Source: Dimorphilus gyrociliatus
Taxonomy: Eukaryota > Animalia > Annelida
Reading direction: 5' to 3'
Length of the DNA stretch: 64,000 nt
Assembly: GCA_904063045.1 (NCBI GenBank)
Contig: CAJFCJ010000023.1
Location: forward strand, 62,001 to 126,000
Both the position numbers and the translations under genes were made by a program. The notes beneath the pieces were generated by a model, which searched no databases, was not told the origin of the DNA, and saw only the letters and a program-made list of their open reading frames with translations. Of this stretch, positions 1 through 10,441 are shown piece after piece. The number at the start of each line of letters is the position of its first letter. The first letter of the stretch is position 1.

Positions 1-1505
1 AGAATACTTTTCCAATTATCAATGACGATAGACGATATGTAATGAATGGACACGATACAGAATTGGACGAAGAAAATTATAAAACAGGTAGACCCGACTA
101 CCATTCAGGAAATCAGGATGTTTCCAAGGAGAATTATTCACCTGAGGAGAGAGGTCATTATAGAAACTATCATGAAGGAATTGATTTTGCTACTCCTGTC
201 AGCGCACAGCAAGATGATAGAATCAACGCTCTACCTGAGCAGCAAAAGCCTACCGAATCTATACAACCGGAAGGACAACGTATATTCAAAAGTGGAAAGC
301 TGATACGCTTGATTGGCTCAGAAAAGCCGCAAGACAATAGACTGCAAGATGAACTTTCTCAGGAAATAACACAAGCTGATAGTTTACCATCGCAGCATCT
401 TTCAACCTTTCGAAATGAACCTTTGCATGCAGCTCCTGGAAAGAGCCATGATGATTCACTTTTATCCGACAGTTTAGAGAATGAGTATGCCTATAATAGG
501 AAATATGCCGATGTAGGAGAGCCTCTTACTCATCCTCCACATGCAAGGCAAAATCTTGCTTTAGATCAAAATTCTGCTTTTGCCGATCTAGTAATAGGAA
601 AAAATCAGGAGAACACTACTAGCAAATTTTTAGAAAATTATCCTCAGTTCAAGGAATACCCTCCGCCACCAGAACCCCAAGTATCTAGATATATAGGAGG
701 AGAATCATACGCAGCCCCAGAAGAAAATTATGAACCTGCAAGAGTAGGAGAAAGACCTCTTGAAAAGTTGCCAATATTTGGCTTAACAGGAGCTAAAGCT
801 TTACAACAATCAAAAGACGCCGGAAATGACGAAGAATTTAGAGTAATTGACCAAAACGATCCATTGCAGAGGGATGATAGATATCCAGCTGAAGATTTTA
901 GAGAACGACGACGTCGTAATATTATTTCAAAAGATAAACAAATATCTGATTCACGTTCTTGGGAAACATGGAGGGAACCTCAGAAAATTGACGAACAAGA
1001 TGTTGGCTACGGACGTTTTAGTGAAGAACCACGTCAAGACGAAGATAATTTCAGAGATTATAGAATGTATTCAACTGAGATACCAAGGAGTAGTCAAAGA
1101 CAATCTGACCTTCAAATATGGCCAACTGAACCTATTGAATATTCGAAATTGAATGATAAATATTTAGATCAAAGTATTACAGAGATTATTGATCCCAACA
1201 GTACCGATGATCGTGGCATTCACGATGAAACAACATCTCATTTATCTAGAACATCATCAGTGGTTTTGGAAAATCGTCTTGAAAAAGTCACAGGTAAGTG
1301 ATGGAAAAGTATAAAAATTTTGTTTGCAAAATGTGTTTTCTGTTTAGAACTATTTGCAAAATCCCAAGATCCAAACAAAAGTCTCGAAAGGCTTAACAGC
1401 TTCTTGCAAAGGGATACAAGACCGGATATGGACGATGCCTTTATTGATCCAGAAAACCAAGAATTTTGGAACGACTTAAATAGAAAATTAAGAGAGGTTT
1501 GTTGA
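1..1505 (+). CDS. 3' part of an uncharacterised acidic, low-complexity (D/E/R/Q/Y/P-rich) protein; exons <1-1293 and 1348-1505
   Basis: The frame of ORF 42-1301 stays open back to nt 3, so the gene starts upstream of the window. Donor CAG|GTAAGT at 1293/1294 and acceptor TTTAG| at 1347 define a 54-nt intron that joins in frame (G+AA=Glu) to ...LFAKSQDPNKSLERL...FWNDLNRKLREVC* (TGA 1503-1505). No recognisable domain. Confidence 0.75.
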
Positions 1506-1682
1506 TTCTCTTTGTTTGCTACTCTATTAACAGAATTTTACTAATTCTCTTGATTGACAAAAACAACTAATATTTATTAATTTTATTTTGAACAAAAAGA
1601 TTTACTTCTTGAACTTAAATAGCAGGTGGTGGGCCTTATTTCAGACAAAACTGTACGATATCTAGTATCTCTTTTAGCATAT

Positions 1683-1756
1683 TTAGAATAATGATTTTAG
1701 TTCTGAGTTAATTGCTGTGTGCATTGTTGAATATGATGTTGCTTTCCGCGACACAT
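1683..1756 (-). pseudogene. Degenerate duplicated fragment of the amine-oxidase 3' end
   Basis: GTGCATTGTTGAATATGAT occurs exactly at 1719-1737 and at 1897-1915 (inside the oxidase CDS). The minus-strand translation SYSTMHTAINSELKSLF* parallels the oxidase's SYSTMHGAVDSGKREAR. Confidence 0.55.
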
Positions 1757-1815
1757 AAAGTTGGCAACAAGAAGTGTAGTCAAAGATTTCGATTTGAAAC
1801 GTGAGATATTACATT

Positions 1816-3180
1816 TTATATAGTGTATATAGGAATTTTCCGAGATTGGTAATCTATTATGCGACGTGCCTCACGTTTTCCGGAATCAACTGCGCCGTGC
1901 ATTGTTGAATATGATTGTGGTATAGTAGCTTCTCCAGCAAATAAAATTCTAGGAACACTTTTGTCATCAAGAATAGGATCAGAGTAGTTAGCATAATCGA
2001 CAGCTTGTGTTTCCATTGAAACGTAGCTGTAGCATCCTTTGAATAGTTCACTACTGCAAAAGTTATACCTAAAAACATGTTGAGGAAGAGGTATACTATC
2101 ATCATTAAGATACTTTCTTAATAAATTAGTGGACACTTTCATAAGTTCTTCATCAGTGACATTTTCATATTGTAGCGTATATGGACCAACTATCCAACCA
2201 GTTAATATATTTTGTCCAAAACTATCCTTGAAATAGCCTTGAATGGCATCTGTCCAATCTTTTGGGTCATCGGAAGGAATAAATGCAAAATGTTTAGAAT
2301 CCTTCCAAACAGGATTTTCATAGTACAGTGAAAATTTACCAACAAAACCAAAGCCTATTCGATTAATTGAATGTTGTTTCATCTTAGGAAGCGGAGGATC
2401 AAAGAGATGATTAGACTGTTTCAGAACACCCAGTGGAAGAGTGACGAGAACATGATCGGCGTTAAGTTCTAAACCATTTGAACATACAACCTTTACGGTT
2501 GAATTTTTTAGCACAATTTTTTCTACTTTGTGGTTTAGTTTTATTATATCTTTAGTTCTATTGGCTTTATAGATTCTATCTTGGAAATGGTAGCAAATTT
2601 TGGCTAGGCCATCATTAACGCATGTATTGTCTCCAGTACTGATATAAGGGTCGTTTATTGAAACATCTGTCAACAATGCTCCCATGTAGCTTTCATTCAT
2701 TCTGAGCAATTGTTTAAATACATTTTTAGCTTCAAGTAATTCATCGTCTTTGAAGTCTTTATAATATTTAGGGAGTTCTTTATCGAAATATTCAGCCACT
2801 GACATGTTTGGAGAGGCAGTGGAATTCTCAATAGCTTCTAATTCATTTTGTATTCTATAAAATAATTCACAGCATTTATTTGAAATTGCCTCTTTAATTC
2901 GTTTACCATTTGATTCATAAAAGCTACATTCTCGATAGCTCGAATTTGAAGTGTTGCATATCGCTTGTGCAATAGCATATGCAGAATTCTCTTTTGTATT
3001 GCCATGAATCCACTGAGCTCCCAGTTCTATCAATTTATCATAAATTTTAATGGTCTTTATCCTGCCTCCAATTTCACTACTAGCTTCCAATATCTTTACA
3101 TCAGCATTGGGATTTATTTCTAGAAGTTCAGTTGCAGCCGCTAATCCTGAGAGACCAGCTCCTATTATTATTATAGACAT
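1816..3180 (-). CDS. Flavin-containing amine oxidase, spermine oxidase / N1-acetylpolyamine oxidase (SMOX/PAOX) family, 454 aa, single coding exon
   Basis: FAD-binding IIIIGAGLSGLAAA...LEA...IGGRIKT, ELGAQWIHG, VLVTLPLGVLK, GFGFVGK (conserved Lys), GCYSY and C-terminal LFAGEAT...STMHGAVDSGKREARRI are all typical of the SMOX/PAOX branch. The ORF is uninterrupted. Confidence 0.92.
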   Translation of the reverse strand: MSIIIIGAGLSGLAAATELLEINPNADVKILEASSEIGGRIKTIKIYDKLIELGAQWIHGNTKENSAYAIAQAICNTSNSSYRECSFYESNGKRIKEAISNKCCELFYRIQNELEAIENSTASPNMSVAEYFDKELPKYYKDFKDDELLEAKNVFKQLLRMNESYMGALLTDVSINDPYISTGDNTCVNDGLAKICYHFQDRIYKANRTKDIIKLNHKVEKIVLKNSTVKVVCSNGLELNADHVLVTLPLGVLKQSNHLFDPPLPKMKQHSINRIGFGFVGKFSLYYENPVWKDSKHFAFIPSDDPKDWTDAIQGYFKDSFGQNILTGWIVGPYTLQYENVTDEELMKVSTNLLRKYLNDDSIPLPQHVFRYNFCSSELFKGCYSYVSMETQAVDYANYSDPILDDKSVPRILFAGEATIPQSYSTMHGAVDSGKREARRIIDYQSRKIPIYTI

Positions 3181-4164
3181 GACGCGTGGCGCTAAACTAT
3201 TGCCCTGATTTTTTATCAGAGACTATAAACTTTGAGAGGTTAAAGTATTCAGAGTGAAGCGCCAGCTAGTAGTCGGTTTCCTAAAATACAACATATATAT
3301 AATCATTTTATATATTTTATCTGAAAAAAAAAGCAGTATTGTCGATATTAAGAATTAAAAAGTAGTAAAAAAGAATTTTTAAAGGCTTTAGAGCTTGATT
3401 AAATTGTCTTATTCAAATCATTAGAAAACCATATACAATGGCTACAAGTCAACAAAAGTCTTTAAATCATGATTTATGTTAAATTCTTTTACAAAAAAAA
3501 GTAATTGTTTATTAAAAATGTTAACACCAATTTACAAATATTTATATTAAAAGCTAAAAAATTAGACTGATATATATATTTTTATAAGTAAAATTGCTAT
3601 GGTTACAGTAGATATCTAAACAACGGTACTTGTAATAAAATATTCATCATAAAAAATAAGAACTAAAAATTACAAGAATTTATCATAGCATATTTTAGAT
3701 TAAAAGTATTATTTATAGATTTTTAAAATAAACTCTCTATATTAATGTTGGTATTCAAGAGTTAAACAGTACTTTAATTTATCATTTGAATTGATATTAA
3801 TTTTAATTGATATCTAGTTTAATTATGAACAATATTAGTAAGTTTTTCAACGTTTTACAGTAGAAACAGTAAACAAAAAAAAGTAGAAGAGCAGTTTATT
3901 TTTCCCCTTCGCCTGCAAAAAACTGGACTCGCCTACATGGTCCATTCGTAGATAGAGAGTTGAAGCCGAGCCTTTAACATCTTCGCTGTTTTTCCAAAGA
4001 GAAAACAAAATGTGAAGAAAGAATACCTTTCTGTTGATTTTTTATAAATTTTTCTCTCTATCTCCTAAAAAACGACAACTCTAAATTTAAGTTGTGTGTG
4101 AGTGTTGGAATAAGTTTGCATCGTCTTTAGGAGATAACTTCTATTTCGATTAAAGTAAAAAAAT
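3181..4164. promoter_or_regulatory. Divergent (head-to-head) intergenic region shared by the oxidase and the giant muscle gene, including their 5' UTRs
   Basis: About 1 kb between ATG 3180 (-) and ATG 4165 (+). An in-frame TAA at 4156-4158 supports 4165 as the true start. No specific promoter element is proven. Confidence 0.5.
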
Positions 4165-7100
4165 ATGGCACAAAAAATGGATACTAGTGATTATCCTATG
4201 ACTGCTACAACCATTTCCACTGTTGCTGTACAAAGTGGAAAAGCCAAAATTATTTTGGCTATTTTAAGAGTAAGTTACCTATACATATACTTTAGTCTAC
4301 TTTTCTACAATTATAATTATATTACTATTGTTTCTAAAAATAGTTAATAAAACAATCATAATAATTGTTGCATAAGAGATTCTAAAATTAAAATCTCCCA
4401 AGAAGAAATAACATACTATAACTTTAATCATACCAAAAAAAAGCTTTAACATAAATTCTTATAATCATTCTATTTTTGCTCCAGTGAAAAATATTGGAAT
4501 TATTTTTAGTCTGTTAGATTTACACGTTCATGAATCATATCTAGAATTACTAAATATCATTTTAACATCCGTATCAACAATTTCAATTGCCAGACAAATA
4601 TCAAAGAGCTAATAAATATTTGTTATCATAAAAAATCTTATTAACACTATTAGTTAATTAATTAACTAGGAAATTTTCAACAAATATATTTATATAAATA
4701 TATAAATATACATATATTTATATAGAATGATAACTTAAAGTAAAAGTTGTTAACTCTTAAACTAAGTACACGTATGGATATGAGCGTATTTATATATAAA
4801 TATACTAGTATATAAAAATATACTAGATTCATATAAAGGAAAAGAAAGAAAGCCCTAGCGCAGCATAAACTTAAGCTAAAACTAGCTCCAGCAGACCTAC
4901 TGCAAATGTAGTAGGCCTAAGCAGACTGTCTGCGGTACGCTCGGCAACACGCAACTGCTAGATGGTATAAAGTTTCAGAATTCTTACTTTCTGACTCATC
5001 TTAGCGGTATGCAACTTCTTCTGCATCTTGTCAGAATTATTGCAGTGTTTAGTCATATGTGCAGACTGCAGAAGGTGTTTTCGTAGTCTTGCAGTGTGTT
5101 TGTCCTGGTTATTTATATCTCTTTGAAGTATTTTTATAATTCATGCTAGAAGAAGTAGAGTTATTCCTGAAATAGAAGGTTATATAAGCAAGTTAAACAG
5201 CAAGATTTACATTTTCTCCAATTAAAGGATTGTTTACACTTTACCATCGTGCTGGGTCTTGTTTCTAGCCTATATCTTATAAAATTATTTGGTCAATTTA
5301 AAAACATGCTTTTTAAAACATTCACTCTCGGATGAACAATGTTATTTATAACAATAAACTAGTATTAAAGTTTCATTTTCATAAAACATTTCATGAAAGC
5401 ATTAAAATTTAACATTTTAAATATAAATATAAAGAGAGCCGTTAAAGTTGAGTTAAGAATTTATCATAATATGTCAAAATAATTAGAATTAAAAATAAAG
5501 GTTATATCTATTTTGCTAAAAGTTACACCATCTTATCTGGGCAAGTAGATCAAATTTAAAAATAACATAAAAACCACTTCAAACATACTAAAGATTCCCT
5601 GTAGCAAGTCTACGGTTTTTTATGTAACATTCCTCTGATATCAGCCCAAGTATAAAAAAAGGAAGACTTGCAAAATTAACATTGATGACTAATTTTATCA
5701 TTTAATTCAGCATTCTATCATTTGGAAGATAATTAAAAAGTTTATACTTTTATAAGTATTTCATTGTTTATTTAATAACCACAGAGTAATGACTGGGTTC
5801 GAGTTCGAATTCAGCAAATGGAACCGGACCTTATGGATGCCGGTGTTTCACTCGATGAAGCCAGACGCTTGAGAGATCAGCATAATGACCTATTGGTTAA
5901 ATTGCAGGTTAATATTTAAACTTACTGAGTCCTTCGATGGTATAACTTTATTAACTTGTTTTTCTATTAATAGCAAAAGCAAGCTGATGTCATAAAGCTT
6001 TTACAACAAGCTGATGAGGCGGTTATAGCTGATCTTGAAAGACAAGGAGCAAGTGAAGATCAACAACAAATGCTTTACTCTGCTATGACAGAATCCTTGT
6101 CCGAAGCTTGGAAAGATTTAACTTCTCAGTTAGAATTAAGAAAGCTACTTTTAGAACAAAGTATTGCTTTCCACTCAGCGGCCAATTCTTTTAGGTAATC
6201 TATGAAGAAATAGTATTTCTCCCTTTTGATGATTCTACTATTTCGTTTTATTCATACTATAGTGCCCAGATGCAATCTGCCCAGAGTCAATTCAATAACG
6301 TTGGTATTGCCCATGATATTGAAACTGCTAGAAGACTTTTAGATCAGCATCAAAATTTCAAGAAAAATATCTTGGAGTCTTCAATGAATACTCTGCAAGA
6401 GGGGCAATCCCTTTTGTACAGGATAAGGGAAATGGGTATGCACGCTGATGTTCAAAGCAGACATGCGACGACGGCTGCTTGTTATGGAATTGAGCACTTA
6501 CTAGAATTATTGCAGGTTTGAATCAACTTTCTTTAAATATTGCTATTTATTTAATTGGAATATTGCATTATAATTTCAATTCTTATAGGATCGAAGACGC
6601 CAGCTGGATGAGCTATGGCTTCAAAGGAAAATTCAACTAGAACAGTGTTTACAAATGCTCTTATTAGATAAGGAAGTTCATAAAATTTCTGAATGGTTTA
6701 CATCGGTTGGAGATCAATATCTCAGCATAACCGATCTAGGAACAGATTATGCTTCTGCTGCACAGCTGCAGCAAAAGCATTATCAGTTTGAAATGCAAGC
6801 AAAGGTAATATACAAGCTCACCAAAGTATTATACATCTAACAAGTATTCGTATCGATATTATAGGAAATGGAGGAAACAGTCCTTCGACTTATTCGTACG
6901 GCTGATCAACTTGTTCACAGTTCGCACTATGACGCCGAAGGTGTTCAAAGACGCCTTAAACAAGTTGACTCGCAAAGTGAATCATTTATGCTAAAAATGG
7001 ATGATCGTAGGCGTAATTTGGCTATGGCAACATCATTTTTTTCTCAAGCAAAATCAACTCTTGGAAAATTAGCGGAAATCGAAAGACAAGTAAAAATGGA

Positions 7101-10100
7101 TGATAGTTCAACAATGGCTGATGCTTACCATGTTATTTCTACTGCTGTTGTCGAAGCAACAAGCTCTGCTCTACATGATGGTCGAGCTCTATTGGAGAGG
7201 ACAGGCCGCGGTGATTCCGGCTGTAAAGGAATTATTGATATGGTATATTTATATAAAATTATAATATTATATAACAATTAACATAAAAATGCATTTATAA
7301 TTAATGGTTAATTACACAGTTGGAAATAATTGAAACACGAGCTCATGATCTGTTGAAGAGTTGCGAATCAAAATGCGATACCAGCTCAAAAAGTCCTCAG
7401 TACTATGAATTTCAAGATAAATACACAGAATTATACACATGGTTAATTCGTATCGTTCAAACGATGTTAGAACAGGAATCTCAACTTGGAGACAACTTAA
7501 CTTCATCCAAAGACTTTTTAGATGCACACGAAAGGCTTTACGATGATATGCAATCTAAACAGTGCAATGTAGAGCGAATCGTCAAATTGTCTAACGATTT
7601 ACAAGGCTCGAGCGATATTGTCGCCGATGATGTTGACAGAAAGGTTTTCTGCTATATTTCAAAATCTTTTTCTTGATTTTAATCTTTGATTTTTCTTTAA
7701 GGTATCAACTTTAAGAGATCAATGGAATAGCCTACACGACTCTGTAGAAAGAAGAGTACATTTATCATTAGCCTATGTCGCCTTTCATAAGACAGCTATG
7801 CACTTATCTCAAAAGATGGATGCGCTTGAACAATTTGTTAAAATTGAAAAAGTCGATCCATCTACAATAACGGACGGATCTGTGAAACATAAGGAAGAAA
7901 CTTGGCAAGAAATGAATAAAGGATACAATGATGTTGAATCAAGTGGAAAATCTTTTGTTAATAATGCTGCTGAGGTTGTTATATAAAAAACGTTAATTAT
8001 ATATCTCTAACATTATTTTGAAAATAGTTGAATGAACGTTGGTTGGATACTCCTCATGCTGTTCGCGTAGTAGAGACGACTATTAGTAGATTAAGTCAAC
8101 GACGTCGTCTCCTCTCTGACTACTACGAGAATTGGCGTGTTCATGTGACTAGCGGACGAGAATTCAAGTCTCAATGGCACCAATTTATTCAAGATGCTAG
8201 AAAGGTAATATCTTTTATTCAATTTAAGTTTCACTGCTTGTCTCAGTTATTGTATAATATTTACGAATACGTGAAATCTTGCTGCGAAAAAGTCGTCAAA
8301 TGTAATAAAATTCAAATATTCTTAACAGACAATTGACAACATAATGCGCAAAGAAGACGACTTTTTCCCAGCAATTGCCGCCGAACTAGGCTCTTCGGCT
8401 TCGAATACTAACGAATATAGAAAAAAATTAGAAGAATTCAGACCATTTGTTCGGGTAAATATATATTTCTTTATTTATTTATTAACAGACAATCACTTGG
8501 ATAATGGAAGAGGAAAAAAATCTTTTTCGTCCTTATATCGCTGGTTATTTAGGCAAATCACCAAGCGATATTCAAACTATGAAGGAAAAACTTCACAAGT
8601 TTCAACCTATTGTTAAGGTTTCGAGAATCATCCGATTTTTTCAAACCAATACAAATTTACTACTTTTAATCATCAATTTTTTTGATTCTACTAATTTATT
8701 TATTTTAATAGAAAGCGCAAGAGGAAATTGAAGGTCATCTTAGAATGGCGGAAAAGCTGTCTTTGAAAGGGGATAGTCATGGTGAAAAAGAAAAGATTGT
8801 TAATGAACTCTTGAAAGTTCATTCTAGACTTTCGGCTCGTGTAAACGAGTATAATATACTTTTGAATATGACAAGTAGATTTTTCGAACAGCTAAATAAG
8901 GTTAGAAATTGAACGATTTTTGGACTTTTTTCAAGTGTAATAATGCTTTTAATTTTTGTAGCTGGATGAATTAATTTCAATGACTGAGAAGCAATACAAA
9001 GCGACACCTTTACCTAAGGATGTTGCCCATGCTGAAATTATGCTTCAACAGCATGAAAATAATAGACATAAAGTTTTAAAACAGATTGATTTCGTTGCCG
9101 ATGATGGAGAAACTATTGTGAAGCGTGTGAGGCAACAAGATTCAGAAGCTACTGCAAAAGACGAAGTTCAGAATGTCCTGCAGCTTACCGAAGATAGACG
9201 AGAGACGTGGGAAAGAGCTTGGGAAGCTCAACGTCGAAAACTGGAACAGAATTTACATATATGCCAATTTTATTTCGATTTAAAAACCGTAAGTTTTTAC
9301 TCTAGTAATTTTTTAGAAATTTTTATTATTATAACATGTTTTTATTCATTTCCATCAGCTGCATTCAGAGCTTGATGAATTACATCGTCAATTAGAGGCT
9401 AAAAAGGGCAACTACGGAACGTCTCTTTCATCTGTTAGGACTATTTCTGAAGCCTTTAAAGCCTTCGAATTAACGACTGAGCTCGTTAAGAAGAAACTGG
9501 ATAACTTTGAGCAGGCATCGAAGGAAGAACTTTCTTCAATCGACGATGCCGACTCCGCAAGTATTGAAAGAGAAATTGATTCGTTAAAGAGAAAGTGGCA
9601 AGCATTCTGGGATGCTGTTCAAATGTACAGAAGAGCTCTTGATGTTGCTGAAGATTTCTTCAATGAAATGGAAGAAGTAGGCATTCAATTTACTTATTAT
9701 TCACTCTTATTTAATTAACTTTATAAACTTAACCAGTGCGAAGAATTTATCAAAACTATTTACGACGTATCTTCTAAAATAAGAAAAGATGCCGTCAAAT
9801 GTACAACTTCTCAAGATGTGGCTTTACTATTGAAAACTTTGGATAACTTTAGAAAAGAGGGTTGTAACAAGCAAAATGAACGACTATCAAATATGGATGA
9901 TAGAATAAACATTGTTTTTGGATCTAGAGGGCAGAGTCGCCTAAAAAATATTGTTGACAGGTATGGAAACCAATATTAATTTTCAATAAAAAAAAATAAA
10001 TGTAATAGTGTCAACCTAAGGAGATTAGATTCTATAGATTAAAAATTTATCTTGAAGTCTTTCTTATATTTGTATGTCTTGACAGCTCGACTGTCGTTTA

Positions 10101-10441
10101 TTTTGTTAAATAATATTTTAAGAATTAAGTTTATGTTCAAGATAATCTTGCAATAATAATGTGCTGATTAATGTAATGTTAATGACTTAATCCACTTGCT
10201 CAAAATATTTATGCTATTACGCCTGATTAAATTTAATGACTATCTATCATACTTATTATAGGAATAATGAAGCCGTTAATCACCTTAGTCGCGTTGTGGA
10301 TGAGTTATCAGAAATCAATGATCACTTAATTAAAAAAGAACAGCTTGTTTCCGTAATGGAGCAGGTAGTTGACGCTCCGAAAACTGCTAAACCGAAAATT
10401 ACAAGTCCTTTACAAAATGCTCAGGTCACAGAAGGTCAAAG
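4165..10441 (+). CDS. N-terminal CCDC141/zormin/SESTD1-like spectrin-repeat rod (about 1,140 aa)
   Basis: Exons 4165-4269, 5785-5907, 5974-6194, 6263-6515, 6589-6804, 6865-7242, 7320-7643, 7702-7974, 8028-8204, [8329-8454 or 8489-8617], 8712-8900, 8962-9288, 9359-9676, 9737-9960, 10262-10441. Helical repeats with spectrin-type Trp and LG-x-x-x-A-x-x-L-x-x-x-H motifs. ATTISTVAVQSGKAKIILAILR, YSAMTESLSEAWKDL and LLELLQDRRRQLD match the recalled human CCDC141 segments TTTVSSVAVQAGDSKIVIAVIK, YDAMAETLGEAWAAL and LLELLQDRRRQLD. Confidence 0.88.

Noticed and set aside
46-1152. Alternative-frame ORFs 46-303 and 847-1152
   Set aside because: They overlap the long main frame and have no independent coding signal.
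1690-1810. Possible C/D-box snoRNA (ATGAT...CTGA-like words)
   Set aside because: Box spacing and terminal stem are not convincing, and the segment is better explained as an oxidase duplicate fragment.
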